This document shows positions 9,173 through 18,319 of a DNA stretch of 64,000 nt, piece after piece. Every line of letters starts with the position of its first letter. The stretch's first letter is position 1. This stretch comes from a bacterium (GTDB taxonomy: Bacteria > Patescibacteriota > Minisyncoccia > Phycocordibacterales > Phycocordibacteraceae). The notes under the pieces are model-generated. The model had not been told where the DNA came from and made no database searches. It saw only the letters and a list, made by a program, of their open reading frames with translations. The stretch covers positions 25,913 to 89,912 of the forward strand of contig JAJZRL010000002.1 in NCBI GenBank assembly GCA_021802705.1, read 5' to 3'. The translations under genes and the position numbers were made by a program.

Positions 9173-9592
9173 TTACTTAACCTCCACCCCCATGCTTCTG
9201 GCGGTTCCTTCGATAAGCCGCGCTGCCGCTTCGGGACTGTTCGCGTTCAGGTCCGGCATCTTCTCTGCGACGATCTGAGCAACCTGCTCCTTCGTAAGCG
9301 TTCCTGCTTTTTGTCGCGGCGCCTTGCTTGAGCCCTTCTCAATACCGAGCGCTTTGAGGATAAGCCGCGCCGCCGGAGGGTTCTTCATGATGAACGTGAA
9401 CGAACGATCATCGTATACCGAGAGCTCGACCGGAATGATGGTTCCCTTCTTGTCCTTCGTGGCGTCGTTGAACTGCGTCACGAACTGGCCGATGTTCACG
9501 CCCGCAGGGCCGAGCACCGTACCGACCGGAGGAGCCGGTGTCGCAGCGCCGCCCGGAATCTGAAGCTTTATCTTTTTTACTACGGTAGCCAT
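9173..9592 (-). CDS. rplK: ribosomal protein L11
   Basis: [60 protein letters not shown]... is a canonical L11 sequence. Confidence 0.95.
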   Translation of the reverse strand: MATVVKKIKLQIPGGAATPAPPVGTVLGPAGVNIGQFVTQFNDATKDKKGTIIPVELSVYDDRSFTFIMKNPPAARLILKALGIEKGSSKAPRQKAGTLTKEQVAQIVAEKMPDLNANSPEAAARLIEGTARSMGVEVK

Positions 9593-9610
9593 GATAAGAA
9601 CGACTTTACG

Positions 9611-10252
9611 CTAGAGTTTGCGAACCTGCAAGAAGTCGAGCTCGACAGGCGTCTCGCGTCCGAACATCGAGACCATGACTTTCACCTTCCCGCGCTCTTC
9701 GTCGATATCGCCCACCTTGCCCTCGAGGTCTTTGAAGGGGCCGTCGGCGATGACGACCGGATCGTCTTTCACGAGATCGATACGGTGCTTCGGCGCTTCT
9801 GCGGCCATACGCCTCATGAGCGAGGCGACCTCGGATTCTTCCATCGGGACAGGCGTATTGCCCGAACCGACGAAACCGGTAACGCGGGGGGTATTCCGCA
9901 CCACGAACCACGAATCATCATCGACGATCATGCGGACAAGGATGTAGCCAGGATAGATCTTCTCCTCCTCGACGACGCGCTTGCCGCCCTTCACGCGGAT
10001 CTTCTTCTCGGTCGGAACGACGACGTCGAATATCTTACCCTCCATGCCGAGCGACTCGATGCGCTGCTTGAGGTTGCGTTCGACGGCATTCTCGTATCCG
10101 GCGTAGGTGTGGATGGTATACCAGCGCGCCTCCTCTTTTTTCGAGGCGGATTCGTCGCGGATCTCCTTACGAAGCGCGGGCGCGATATCAGCCATCCCGA
10201 TCTCTTCCGGCAATTCTGTCTCTCCGCTGTGCGGGCGTCCTGTTTCGTCCAT
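9611..10252 (-). CDS. nusG: transcription termination/antitermination factor NusG
   Basis: WYTIHTYAGYENAVERNL NGN domain and C-terminal KOW (GPFKDLEGKVGDIDEERGKVKV). About 40 aa N-terminal extension; an alternative start is MADIAP near 10195. Confidence 0.9.
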   Translation of the reverse strand: MDETGRPHSGETELPEEIGMADIAPALRKEIRDESASKKEEARWYTIHTYAGYENAVERNLKQRIESLGMEGKIFDVVVPTEKKIRVKGGKRVVEEEKIYPGYILVRMIVDDDSWFVVRNTPRVTGFVGSGNTPVPMEESEVASLMRRMAAEAPKHRIDLVKDDPVVIADGPFKDLEGKVGDIDEERGKVKVMVSMFGRETPVELDFLQVRKL

Positions 10253-10264
10253 ACGTCAAGAAGA

Positions 10265-10450
10265 TTATCCGCCGGCGATACGGCTCACGATGGAACCGAA
10301 CGCGTAGTCAAAGACGCCGATCAGGAGCGCCATGACGACAGCGATGATGATAACGACGAACGTATGCGCGATCGCGGTCCGAGTGCTCGGCCAGACGATA
10401 TGCGCGAATTCATCGCGTACGTGTTTGAGGTAGGTTACGGGAGTGAGCAT
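10265..10450 (-). CDS. secE: preprotein translocase subunit SecE
   Basis: 61 aa with one TM helix, VRDEFAHIVWPS motif, positioned immediately upstream of nusG. Confidence 0.8.
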   Translation of the reverse strand: MLTPVTYLKHVRDEFAHIVWPSTRTAIAHTFVVIIIAVVMALLIGVFDYAFGSIVSRIAGG

Positions 10451-10472
10451 AGGAAAGCGCGGTTTGGTAAAT

Positions 10473-10492
10473 AAAAAAGCCCTGCGGGCTTT
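10473..10492 (-). terminator. rho-independent terminator after the 10545..12461 gene
   Basis: Hairpin aagccc-tgc-gggctt with aaaaaa on plus (T-run on minus). Confidence 0.5.
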
Positions 10493-10544
10493 TGACGTAG
10501 GCTATGGTAGCACACCAGCACGACGCGTCAAGAAAGACGAGCTC

Positions 10545-12461
10545 CTAGAACTCATTGAACTTCGGCGTCACGTTCACGATGACCGAGTCGGAGACGGGGT
10601 TCCCGGCGGTGGTGCAGCTGATGGTATAGGTTGACTGCGAAGTGATGGTAACGGTCTTGTTGCCTTTTATCTGCGTGCTTGAAAGGCCCGGGCCTGAGAC
10701 GGTGCAGCTGCTTGTGAGCGTGGAGTCCCAGCTGATGGTGGAAGAGCCGGGAGGGTTCACGCGGTCAGGGCTTGCGCTGATGGAGACGGCGGGCTGGTTG
10801 ACCGTTATGTTCACGTTCGCGGTGCTCGGAGCGTTGTTCGGCCCGATGCACGTGAGGCTGTATGAGGTCGGGTTGACCGTGAGCGGGCCGGTCGAGACGG
10901 GCGAGCCGCCTGTGGTCGAGAAGCCGGGAGAGGTGCAGGAGGTGCCGGGCGTCGAGGTCCAGAAGAGGTTCGTCGGCTGGCCGCTATTCACGGTGCACGA
11001 GGAGGCGGAGGTGGCGAGGTTCTTGCCGCAGGTGAAGGAGATGACCGTGGGGGGCTTCTGCTCGGAGCAGGAAGCGGTGGCACCGCCGTTTAGGCCTGCG
11101 CACTGCCAGGACCAAGAGGAAGCTCCGCTCACGGCGTTTGCGCTCGTGCCGGCGGTGCAGGCGTAGTGGGAGGGGGCGCAGGAGCCGTTCGTCGGGCCGC
11201 TTGTAACCGGTACCGTGCAGCTTGTCCAGGGAGAGTCCGTACCGCTCGAGTTCTCGGTGAGCGCCTTCACCGTATAGGTGCCGGGGGCAGCGAAGGTGTA
11301 GCTTGCGGTCTCGGAGGAGCCGGAGGGGACGTATCCGGAAGACGGGAGCCATCCGTTCACCGAGCCGCTGTTAAGCCAGTCGATGCCGTAGCGGATCGGG
11401 AGGCCCGAGGGGTCGGTGCCGTTGCTCAGGATGAAGGAAGAGGGCTGACCGACCGTGGCGGAGGAGGGGCAGGAGAGGGTGGGGGTGGAGGGAGGCGGGG
11501 TGGAGGGAGCAATCGCAAGAGGATATGCGATTGATTGGGCGGGGATAGGAAGCTGGTAAGGAGCGCCGCCGGCAGTAGCACTCATGGGAATTGATGTAGT
11601 CAAGCAGAAGGCACCCGAGAGGCGATTGGTTTGGAAATAGAACTGACCATAGGTGCTACTGAAGTTGAACGTCGGGGTTATCGTGGTACCGCCTGCGGCA
11701 TTGTTGACCTTACAGGCCATTGAAGCACCGCCGTTGGCTGTGTTTACGAGCTGTCCGCAGGTTAAGCCAGCGGGAACCGTTATGGTCTCTGCAGGGGGGT
11801 TGACGACGAAGGGGATGTAAAAATTATAGCCACTCCATGACCATGTGTAGTTATTGTTGCTTGCCGTGCAAGAACTTGGTGCTGCGGCATTAGCAGCCCA
11901 TTCGCCATATGGCGTATCCTGACTAGTGTGTATAAAGGAGAAAGCATGGGGGACGCTGTATCCAGCGGTAAACCATGACACATCTGTCGAGGCATGCGGC
12001 ATAAAGGAAAAGACGAGCGTATCTCCGACATTCACCGAACTTCCTTGAGGAAGCGGGTTTCCATTTTTCGATACCGCCACGGCATAACCGACTTGAGCTT
12101 TTATGGTGTACAGAGCTGGGAACCATGCGGGACCGCTAAACGTTGAGGAAGTATGCGAAGAGCATCCGCCCTTCATACATCCGCTTGGATGTGTAATCGT
12201 GTGAGTGATTGTGTAAGGATAACTGCCGTATGCATAAAGCGTCCCATTAAATGAAGACGACGGGGTGAACGAAACTGGAACAGAAACAGCAGGAGCGTAT
12301 ATCGACGTAATGCTGCTATTAATGCTATTAATGCAGCCAGATTTATTACATTGAACCACCGCTACCGCCCTGCCCGAAGGAAAAATCATCAGGAGCACGA
12401 ATGCTGCCACAAGCACGGAAGCCGTTTTGAATGAGACAGGAAGGACTTCTTTTGTTTTCAT
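10545..12461 (-). CDS. secreted Ser/Thr-rich surface protein with tandem Ig-like repeats
   Basis: 638 aa. N-terminal TM/signal (VLVAAFVLLMIFPSG), Pro-rich linker, repeated ...SCTVSGPG...TYTLTC... modules. Its 3' third has locally low GC. Confidence 0.7.
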   Translation of the reverse strand: MKTKEVLPVSFKTASVLVAAFVLLMIFPSGRAVAVVQCNKSGCINSINSSITSIYAPAVSVPVSFTPSSSFNGTLYAYGSYPYTITHTITHPSGCMKGGCSSHTSSTFSGPAWFPALYTIKAQVGYAVAVSKNGNPLPQGSSVNVGDTLVFSFMPHASTDVSWFTAGYSVPHAFSFIHTSQDTPYGEWAANAAAPSSCTASNNNYTWSWSGYNFYIPFVVNPPAETITVPAGLTCGQLVNTANGGASMACKVNNAAGGTTITPTFNFSSTYGQFYFQTNRLSGAFCLTTSIPMSATAGGAPYQLPIPAQSIAYPLAIAPSTPPPSTPTLSCPSSATVGQPSSFILSNGTDPSGLPIRYGIDWLNSGSVNGWLPSSGYVPSGSSETASYTFAAPGTYTVKALTENSSGTDSPWTSCTVPVTSGPTNGSCAPSHYACTAGTSANAVSGASSWSWQCAGLNGGATASCSEQKPPTVISFTCGKNLATSASSCTVNSGQPTNLFWTSTPGTSCTSPGFSTTGGSPVSTGPLTVNPTSYSLTCIGPNNAPSTANVNITVNQPAVSISASPDRVNPPGSSTISWDSTLTSSCTVSGPGLSSTQIKGNKTVTITSQSTYTISCTTAGNPVSDSVIVNVTPKFNEF

Positions 12462-13819
12462 AGGTTTTTACTATCGGCTTTCCTTCGTATCCGCAAGACC
12501 AGGAGTGCTCCGAAGACGATGACAGCAATCGTGGAGAGAGCGGCTAACGCTCTCAAGAATAACGTCGAATCCGATGCGCCGCAAGGCACGCCAAGCTCGG
12601 TGCAGGTATACGGAAGCGAGACGGTATCGACGAGATTCCCGTTCTGGTAGAGCGAAGCGGTGAGCGTAAAGGAGTCTGCAGAGCCGGTGAAGGGAGCGGC
12701 GAGCGCGAAAATCGATTGCGGGATATCTCCCTTCCATACGGCGTGAGCGATGACGCGAGAGAGGAACGGAAATGCCTCATCGGTCGTTGCAGTAATATCG
12801 ATCTCGCTATTCTCGGCAGGCCCCACACCCGGCGTATGGATGCACGCGAACGCAACCCCCTTCCCTGCTTCGGCCGGATACGCGGAGATGCCGACGAAAT
12901 TGAAACGCGGATCATTCGCATTGCTCGCGACATACCGGACACCGATGACAGACTTGCCGCCATGCTCGTCGGTGAGCGTCCCGAGGAGATAGTACACGGC
13001 GTGAGCGGTGTCTCTCACGGTATACGAGACGGTCGTTTGATCGTGCGGAGCAAGCGTCACCGGCTCGGTTGATTCGCCAATGAGATGGGAGGATTGCTGC
13101 GCGTCCCAATAGAAGAGCTGCCAATGCACGGAGGCGGTAACGGTCGAAGAGGTTGTGTTCTTGACCACGGCGGTGACCGGTACGGCCGTCGTTGTCGATG
13201 CCATGACTGGCGGGAATGTGACGGCGTGGAACGGCTGGCCATCGAGCGTTATTGACGATTTGTCAAAACGAACGGCTCCCTGATCGGTACCGACCACCTT
13301 GAAGGGAACCGTGCTTCCGGTAACATCATCGGTGAAGGTGAGGCCATAGAGCTCGAAACGATGGGAAGAAGCGACATAGAGCGCAAGCTTGTACGAACCC
13401 GGCTGCGCATCGAAGGGTATCGGCCAGGTGATACTGACATGTTTCGACTCCCCCGCCTTCAAATCAATGTGGTCTTCGGCGACGAACTGGTCGACGACAT
13501 CGGGGCCGTCTATCGCCGCCTCTTTTGCGCTGTCCCGAAAAACTTTCACGTAGATTGCCGCGTCGTCAATCGGATAGGGGTTCTGATTCGTGATCGTTCC
13601 TTCAAACCCGGCGGTTGTGCCTTGAGCGAACGCGAAGAGCGTCGGGGTGACGACGGCGGGAACGGAGCCGAAACGATAGTAATCGAAACAGGAGGTAAGA
13701 CCGGCGGGCGGGGTCGAGGAAGGAAATGAGGACTGATCGGGAGATGTCGTCTGGGCGAAAACAGGGACGCCCGCGAAGAGCGCCGTTATCACGACCGCGT
13801 ATCGAAGCTTGTGCGCCAT
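12458..13819 (-). CDS. secreted hypothetical protein with C-terminal TM anchor
   Basis: 453 aa with signal peptide MAHKLRYAVVITALFAGVPVFAQ and C-terminal LSTIAVIVFGALLVLRIRRK. Overlaps the upstream gene by 4 nt (operon). Confidence 0.65.
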   Translation of the reverse strand: MAHKLRYAVVITALFAGVPVFAQTTSPDQSSFPSSTPPAGLTSCFDYYRFGSVPAVVTPTLFAFAQGTTAGFEGTITNQNPYPIDDAAIYVKVFRDSAKEAAIDGPDVVDQFVAEDHIDLKAGESKHVSITWPIPFDAQPGSYKLALYVASSHRFELYGLTFTDDVTGSTVPFKVVGTDQGAVRFDKSSITLDGQPFHAVTFPPVMASTTTAVPVTAVVKNTTSSTVTASVHWQLFYWDAQQSSHLIGESTEPVTLAPHDQTTVSYTVRDTAHAVYYLLGTLTDEHGGKSVIGVRYVASNANDPRFNFVGISAYPAEAGKGVAFACIHTPGVGPAENSEIDITATTDEAFPFLSRVIAHAVWKGDIPQSIFALAAPFTGSADSFTLTASLYQNGNLVDTVSLPYTCTELGVPCGASDSTLFLRALAALSTIAVIVFGALLVLRIRRKADSKNL

Positions 13820-13868
13820 ACACGCAATATAGCACTCAAAAATACACGAAAAGAGCCGCTATTAGAAA

Positions 13869-14660
13869 CTAGTGGATTTCGTAGGTGATCGAGACGGACG
13901 CGGTGTAGGTGTTCTGTCCGGCTGGTATCTCCGGTGTTGCCGCCTGTGCCGCTCCGGCTGCGCGCATCATCATCGGATAAGGAGAGCCGGAAGATTCGCT
14001 GAAATTCACGATCTTCCCGAGCGAGACGCCGAGCTCGCTTGCAAGAAGCGCCGCCTGCCCCTTCGCTTTCTCGATCGCGTCGGCGCGGGCCGCGTCGTAG
14101 CCGCTCGTCGCGTCATTGAGCCCGAAAGCGGGGCCGGAAATGTTCTGCACTTCAAGCTTCCCCAAGCCGTCGAGAAGCGCGCCTGTCTGAGAGAGGTCAT
14201 GCACCTTTACCTGGAGCGTCTCGGAAACCTGGTAGCCCGTAACCGTCGGCGAACTGTTGCCTCGGGGACAAAAAACTCCTGGCGGACAAGGGTTTGGATA
14301 TGAGTACTGCGGCGTGACGGCGTATGAAAGCGTCTTTATGTCCGCGTCCAGGATACCCTGTCCTTTCACGAAACGGATGGCGGCATTCGCCTGCTTGGTG
14401 GTCGCGGCCTGTGCGGCGCTCACGCTTGCCGCCGTGTTTTCAACGGTAAAAGAAATGCGAGCGATGTCCGGCGGGAGCGTCGCCTGGCCCGTACCGGACA
14501 CGGTGATAGTGTCCGTCGCCGGATGCGCCGGACGTCCGAGGTTTTCCGCGGAGCTTATGGTGTTCACGAGGAGAAAAAGAGAAAGGATGGATAGCACCCC
14601 GATAAGCGCGATGCGCACGCCGGTATTATCGAACGCTTCCTGAAGAGGGTTGTTGTTCAT
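13869..14660 (-). CDS. SIMPL-domain (DUF541/BP26-like) secreted protein
   Basis: TITVSGTGQATLPPDIARISFTVEN...AIEKAKGQAALLASELG pattern typical of the SIMPL family. Start at MNNNPLQ. Confidence 0.55.
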   Translation of the reverse strand: MNNNPLQEAFDNTGVRIALIGVLSILSLFLLVNTISSAENLGRPAHPATDTITVSGTGQATLPPDIARISFTVENTAASVSAAQAATTKQANAAIRFVKGQGILDADIKTLSYAVTPQYSYPNPCPPGVFCPRGNSSPTVTGYQVSETLQVKVHDLSQTGALLDGLGKLEVQNISGPAFGLNDATSGYDAARADAIEKAKGQAALLASELGVSLGKIVNFSESSGSPYPMMMRAAGAAQAATPEIPAGQNTYTASVSITYEIH

Positions 14661-14714
14661 AGGGAGAGAGTTAGATGCGAGCCGCCCTTCTATCACACGC
14701 CATAAGCATAGCAC

Positions 14715-15377
14715 TTATTCCCCCTGGAGCGTCGAGAGGAGTTTCAAGAGCGCGGCGTGGGCCGGAAGGCTCCGCGAATCGAGGGCCGGATCGTTCCAAT
14801 TCACGACGCCCTTATCGACGGCGTCAAAACGCAAGACGTCGGCGCCGCGCGTGAGGTAGTACGCCGTATCGACGACGCCTCCGACGCGCCCGAGCGAAAC
14901 GACGGTGAACCGATGCATGCCGATAACCGTCGAGGAAAACGACGTGACGGGCGCCGGTGCGTTCGTCACGATACTGATCGCCGTCTGTTGTATGACGGCA
15001 AGCGCGGTCGAAGAAGCGTCGATGGAATACCGGCGGATAATGATGTCGGCGGTGCTCGTGGTTGCGGTGCTCGTGGTGGCCGTCATCTCGTACGCGGCGA
15101 TGCTCGAGGGGTCCGGAAGCGATGCCGCAGCGAAACCGTCGGGGATGGCAAAGGCGATACCGATATCCTGAAGCGTCACGTTCGGCGGCGGACAGGCCGG
15201 GAAGGTGCACGAGGAGCCGGTGCGGGAGACCGAGGTTCCGTCCGGACAGACTTCGGCGTCGAGCGGGCACGTTATCGGCTGCAGCGGGTGTTCGATGGCG
15301 TTACGGTATAAAAGGCCTCCGACGCCTATGAGGATGATGAGCAATACGCCGAGCAGAAGTGTCTTCATTGCCGCCAT
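14715..15377 (-). CDS. hypothetical membrane-anchored secreted protein
   Basis: 220 aa with N-terminal TM MAAMKTLLLGVLLIILIGVGGLLY followed by a Cys-rich and Thr-rich ectodomain. Abuts the downstream gene in the same frame. Confidence 0.5.
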   Translation of the reverse strand: MAAMKTLLLGVLLIILIGVGGLLYRNAIEHPLQPITCPLDAEVCPDGTSVSRTGSSCTFPACPPPNVTLQDIGIAFAIPDGFAAASLPDPSSIAAYEMTATTSTATTSTADIIIRRYSIDASSTALAVIQQTAISIVTNAPAPVTSFSSTVIGMHRFTVVSLGRVGGVVDTAYYLTRGADVLRFDAVDKGVVNWNDPALDSRSLPAHAALLKLLSTLQGE

Positions 15378-15406
15378 GATACTACAAGAATCGCGCTGCC
15401 GCTTCG

Positions 15407-17521
15407 TTACCGCACCGTGATGATGTAGAGTTCGCCGTCCGTGAAGAACGGCTCATTAGCGAAATTCGCACCGAGGACAGGGCTCACGAATTGTACTTTT
15501 TCGACGCTGTCGATGACGCCTGCGGACATGAGAGATTTCTCCACGAACTCCCTTTCGGAATCTATGTCCGGATTGATGGCGTGCGTAATGAACCATTTAT
15601 AGCCTTGGTCGAGACTCGCGGTGCCCACGTATACGGCATAGCCGTCCTGCACGAGGTTCGTCTTCCATAGCCGGATATGGTGACGGTCCTTGATCGTGTG
15701 CGAAGCGGTCGCCTGTTCGAAGGCGAAATCATTCACGGACGAATTCCAAAACGTCGGGGTTATGGGAGCGTTCGGATATTCGCTGTTGGTTATGGCGGCC
15801 GCGGCTGCATGCAGCACGGACACGACGCCAATCTGGTCGGCGGGGAGCCACGAAGCTTCCTCGAAGGCGTGCGTGAGCGCGGTATCGTCTTTTGCCAAGA
15901 AAATGAAGTCGAGCGGTTCCTGCGGATTGCCGAGTACCGTCTCCGAATATTTCGGGATCGCGTGTTCGGTGAAATACGCGGCGATATCGCCGGACACGTT
16001 TTGCGTCGGCGCTTGCGTCGGGAGCGCAAGCTGCGGCTGATACGCCGATGCGAAAGCGACGTACCAAAGAATCGTCGCGAACAGGAGTGCGACCGTCACG
16101 GGCTTTGCCGCGGGCGATATCGGCTCCGGTTCTTCCGTCCCGGAATCCCCTTGTTTGCTCGAACGCCATTCATAGATGGAAATCCCCGTGCCAAGGATAA
16201 GCAGCCCGAGGAGGTATCCGGCCCACACGTCGCTTGCGTAGTGGACCCCGAGATACATGCGGCTGAATCCGATCGCCAGGATAACGGCGAGAGCGGTAAA
16301 GAATATATTCACTTTCCGCTTCCAGCCCTTATGCCGTATCGCGACGTACGCGAGAAACCCGTACAGAACGACGGAAACCGTCGCGTGTCCGCTCGGGAAA
16401 GAAAACGAGGGCTCGAGATAGACGGCGTTCTCGGGCCGCGCGCGATGCACGACGATCTTGCCGAAGAAGCTCAGCGACGCGGCTGCGGCGAGCATGAGCC
16501 AGAGATATGCGCTATAGATGCCTTTCCTCCGGAGGAAAAGAATCGCCGTTGCGACGGCCGCGATGGAAACGACCATCTGCCACGTGCCCAAGACCGTGAT
16601 CCAGAGGAACAGCTGAATGAGCTCGCTGCTGCGAAAGGCGATGAGGAGGCTATTGATCCGCATATCGACCGCGACGACCGGACCTGACGTTACGACAGCA
16701 AAAATAACGCCGAAAAGCGCGGCCGCCACATACAGGAAACCGATGCCGATAAGCGTGAGCGGAAGGCCTTCGAACGAAGACCGTTCAAAACGCCTCCCAA
16801 GAAAGGCGAAGGACCGGGGATATCGCCGCACGAGAGCCTGCACGTCCGGGTTCGAGACGAATGCGGTCCGCACGGATGAAAAAATGGAACGGGTAAAGAG
16901 CGCGATCTGATGCCCGTGCCGCACGACGAATACCTTGAGGGCATAGAGCACGATGAGGAACAGCACGAGAACGCCGATACTATAGCCGACACGCGTTACC
17001 CATGTCTCGATGACGGTAAAAGCGCTCCCGAAGAAGTAACCGAGCAGCAGGTGCGACACTGACCAGAAGATGGCGCTTAACACATTCCAAAATAAGAATC
17101 GTTTCAGATCCATCTTGGAAAGCCCCGCGATAAACGGAACGAGCGGCCGCAGGAACCCCAAGAACCTTCCGAGGAAAATGCTCTTCTCTCCGTGCTTCTC
17201 AAAAAAAAGCTCGCCGCGTTCTATGTGAGCGGCTTTCAGAAACTTGTTCTCATCACGGAAAAAATTGGTACCCTTGGTGCCGAGGTAGTAGCTCAAGCCG
17301 TCGCCAAGAATCGCTCCTATCGCGGCAAACCACATGAGATCCCCGATATCCCATACACCCTGCGCGGCCAAGAACCCGGCGAAAATGATGAGTGTCGACC
17401 CGGGTATCACCTCGCCGATAAGCACGACCGACTCGGCAAAAGCGATGAGCAGCACGATCCAGTACCCCCATACCCCAAGATGGGAGAGTATCGGTAATAA
17501 GAAGTGAGTGATGAAATCCAT
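15407..17521 (-). CDS. DedA/VTT - PAP2 phosphatase - LssY_C-like three-domain membrane protein
   Basis: 704 aa. N-terminal DedA-like (AESVVLIGEVIPGSTLIIFAGFLAAQG), PAP2 motifs (PSGH, SRMYLGVHYASDV), and a C-terminal soluble domain resembling LssY C-terminus (IRLWKTN...GYAVYVGTASLD). Confidence 0.8.
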   Translation of the reverse strand: MDFITHFLLPILSHLGVWGYWIVLLIAFAESVVLIGEVIPGSTLIIFAGFLAAQGVWDIGDLMWFAAIGAILGDGLSYYLGTKGTNFFRDENKFLKAAHIERGELFFEKHGEKSIFLGRFLGFLRPLVPFIAGLSKMDLKRFLFWNVLSAIFWSVSHLLLGYFFGSAFTVIETWVTRVGYSIGVLVLFLIVLYALKVFVVRHGHQIALFTRSIFSSVRTAFVSNPDVQALVRRYPRSFAFLGRRFERSSFEGLPLTLIGIGFLYVAAALFGVIFAVVTSGPVVAVDMRINSLLIAFRSSELIQLFLWITVLGTWQMVVSIAAVATAILFLRRKGIYSAYLWLMLAAAASLSFFGKIVVHRARPENAVYLEPSFSFPSGHATVSVVLYGFLAYVAIRHKGWKRKVNIFFTALAVILAIGFSRMYLGVHYASDVWAGYLLGLLILGTGISIYEWRSSKQGDSGTEEPEPISPAAKPVTVALLFATILWYVAFASAYQPQLALPTQAPTQNVSGDIAAYFTEHAIPKYSETVLGNPQEPLDFIFLAKDDTALTHAFEEASWLPADQIGVVSVLHAAAAAITNSEYPNAPITPTFWNSSVNDFAFEQATASHTIKDRHHIRLWKTNLVQDGYAVYVGTASLDQGYKWFITHAINPDIDSEREFVEKSLMSAGVIDSVEKVQFVSPVLGANFANEPFFTDGELYIITVR

Positions 17522-17853
17522 GAAGTTTTTGAAAAGGCGAACCGATGCGGGTGTTCGAGTTGTCTTATTATCCCCATGGTATCAGATTCCGAACACGCGA
17601 GTACCCGGAGCGGGCGAAGGAGACGCCCGCCTCGCTGTCCTCTATGAGTCGGGCAGCTCCGGCTTTCGATTCCCTGCCGCGAGACGCGCAGGCGCCTCGC
17701 TTACTCGCCCCTCGTCGGGGACTTCTCAGGGCCGAGGGAGTGCAGCTAATCGAACCGTCGATTACCTGGGGATTTTATCAGATCCGGAATACATGGCGGG
17801 GGTGAAGGAGAAATTACAACTCATAACGTCGCTTACTCAGGTATAATTGCTCT

Positions 17854-18156
17854 ATGGTTGGTTTTTACACTAAGTTCACTACGAACGCAGAGGACAGAGA
17901 GAAACTCGTAGCCCTGCTTTCCAAAGCCTCAACGTCCATGAAAGAGGTCGCGAGTTGCAAGCTCTATGAGGTTGCATTAGATGCAATCGATCCGACAGTG
18001 ACTGTGGCGACCGAAATATGGACGGACGAGGCAACGCATGACGCATCACTACAAGGCAATACGGCAAAAGCACTCATCGTGCAGGCGATGCCACTAATGG
18101 CTGCGCCCCCGAAGCAAATCAAACTCGGCCCAGTAGTTACGAGCTGGTTCGATTAG
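17854..18156 (+). CDS. antibiotic-biosynthesis-monooxygenase (ABM) family protein
   Basis: 100 aa MVGFYTKFTTNAEDREKLVALL...CKLYEVALDAIDPTVTVATEIWTDEATHDASLQ with ABM fold pattern; local GC is lower than surroundings. Confidence 0.55.
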   Translation: MVGFYTKFTTNAEDREKLVALLSKASTSMKEVASCKLYEVALDAIDPTVTVATEIWTDEATHDASLQGNTAKALIVQAMPLMAAPPKQIKLGPVVTSWFD

Positions 18157-18165
18157 CTAAACATT

Positions 18166-18240
18166 TGGGCGACTACAGGGAATCGAACCCTGATCGAGAG
18201 CTCCACAAGCTCCAGTGTTAACCATTACACCATAGTCGCC
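18166..18240 (-). tRNA. tRNA-His (GTG)
   Basis: Reverse complement GGCGACTATGGTGTAATGGTTAACACTGGAGCTTGTGGAGCTCTCGATCAGGGTTCGATTCCCTGTAGTCGCCCA. Extra 5' G, anticodon loop TTGTGGA, cloverleaf pairs check. Confidence 0.85.
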
Positions 18241-18319
18241 ATACCGGACGCCCAATACGGCCTGAACCTTATTGAGGACCCACGTTTTATAACACACATG
18301 CTACAATGTTCCCAACCGC

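Noticed and set aside
11440-11530. G-rich tract (ggaggaggggcaggagagggtgggggtggagggaggcgggg) that looked like a simple repeat or G-quadruplex element
   Set aside because: On the coding (minus) strand it encodes a Pro/Ser/Thr linker (PSTPPPSTPTLS) within the large surface protein; it is not an independent repeat element.
15677-16687. 336-aa plus-strand ORF inside the DedA-PAP2 gene
   Set aside because: Arg-rich antisense artefact (RRRGYGSVRIFAVGYGGRG...); the minus-strand frame has clear PAP2 motifs.
17522-17853. SRP RNA (4.5S) call for the GC-rich spacer
   Set aside because: Only a loose resemblance to the domain IV consensus, and no GGAA tetraloop context. Kept as a low-interest finding, not a feature.
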